Virus record (IMG/VR): IMGVR_UViG_3300030329_005540
Location: 21,676-85,675 of that record
Source of the DNA: a virus
Length of the DNA stretch: 64,000 nt
Direction: 5' to 3' (one strand)
The notes below the pieces were generated by a model that saw only the letters and a program-made list of their open reading frames with translations, ran no database searches and had not been told where the DNA came from. A program made the translations under genes and the position numbers. Of this stretch, positions 63,736 through 64,000 are shown piece by piece. Position 1 is the stretch's first letter. Each line of letters opens with the position of its first letter.

Positions 63736-63921
63736 ATGAATAAAATTATTTTAATTACGGCTATCGTTTTAGTCGGCTGTAAAAGTGTGCCCGAGCCTCA
63801 ACCTTTGCCGAAAAATTTAAAAATTAAAAATTATAAAGGCCATCATACAGACCGATACAATCACCAAATAGATAGTTTTCACCGAGAATATTATCAAAAA
63901 AATAAAATCTCGCCGCATTAA
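63736..63921 (+). CDS. Putative lipoprotein
   Basis: MNKIILITAIVLVG-C lipobox. Confidence 0.55.
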   Translation: MNKIILITAIVLVGCKSVPEPQPLPKNLKIKNYKGHHTDRYNHQIDSFHREYYQKNKISPH

Positions 63922-64000
63922 TGAAAGCCAAATTTCCAGAAGGCTACGGAAAGTATAACGAATACGATTTCGATAACAGAATTAGTTATGACGAAGAAGC

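Noticed and set aside
1-64000. Stop-codon recoding
   Set aside because: Conserved genes are full length in code 11, all three stops are used, and no suppressor tRNA is present.
1-64000. Cellular (bacterial) chromosome origin
   Set aside because: No ribosomal or core cell genes; the compact divergent replisome, dNMP kinase, free HNH genes and many small ORFans fit a large phage better. Capsid and terminase genes are not in this window, so this is not proven.

Overview
A 64 kb, AT-rich, densely coding segment of what looks like a very large (jumbo-type) bacteriophage genome using the standard genetic code. No ribosomal or core cellular genes are present. After a truncated virion-like gene (1-2851, +), almost all genes run on the minus strand to about 45.5 kb. 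These include a replication/recombination module (Rad52-like annealing protein, DnaE split into separate PHP, exonuclease and core genes, RecB-like nuclease, DnaG, DnaB, RecA, two HNH endonucleases), a tmRNA, a 15 kb glycan-synthesis island (gmd, fcl, GT6, GT11, GT4, GT2, sulfotransferases, aminotransferase, GHMP kinase), a class Ic-like NrdAB, a sigma factor and a dNMP kinase. From 45.5 kb genes run mostly on the plus strand: dCMP deaminase, Hsp20, LepB, PMM, three tRNAs, a serine protease, an ECF-like sigma factor, an amino-acid/lysine metabolism cluster, guaC, cysC and a MotA/ExbB-ExbD-like pair. The most notable signals not explained by the ORF track are: (1) a DGR variable-repeat-like run of NNC codons inside the ECF sigma factor; (2) a ~440 nt ORF-free structured region with its own promoter next to the strand switch; (3) two distinct recurring promoter grammars, TTGACN-N5-TAAAGC-N6-TANNNT and a lone GTGTAA 8-9 nt before start codons; (4) a tmRNA with a 30-residue tag; (5) a second structured RNA after hsp20. 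All protein calls come from motif recognition by eye, not database searches.
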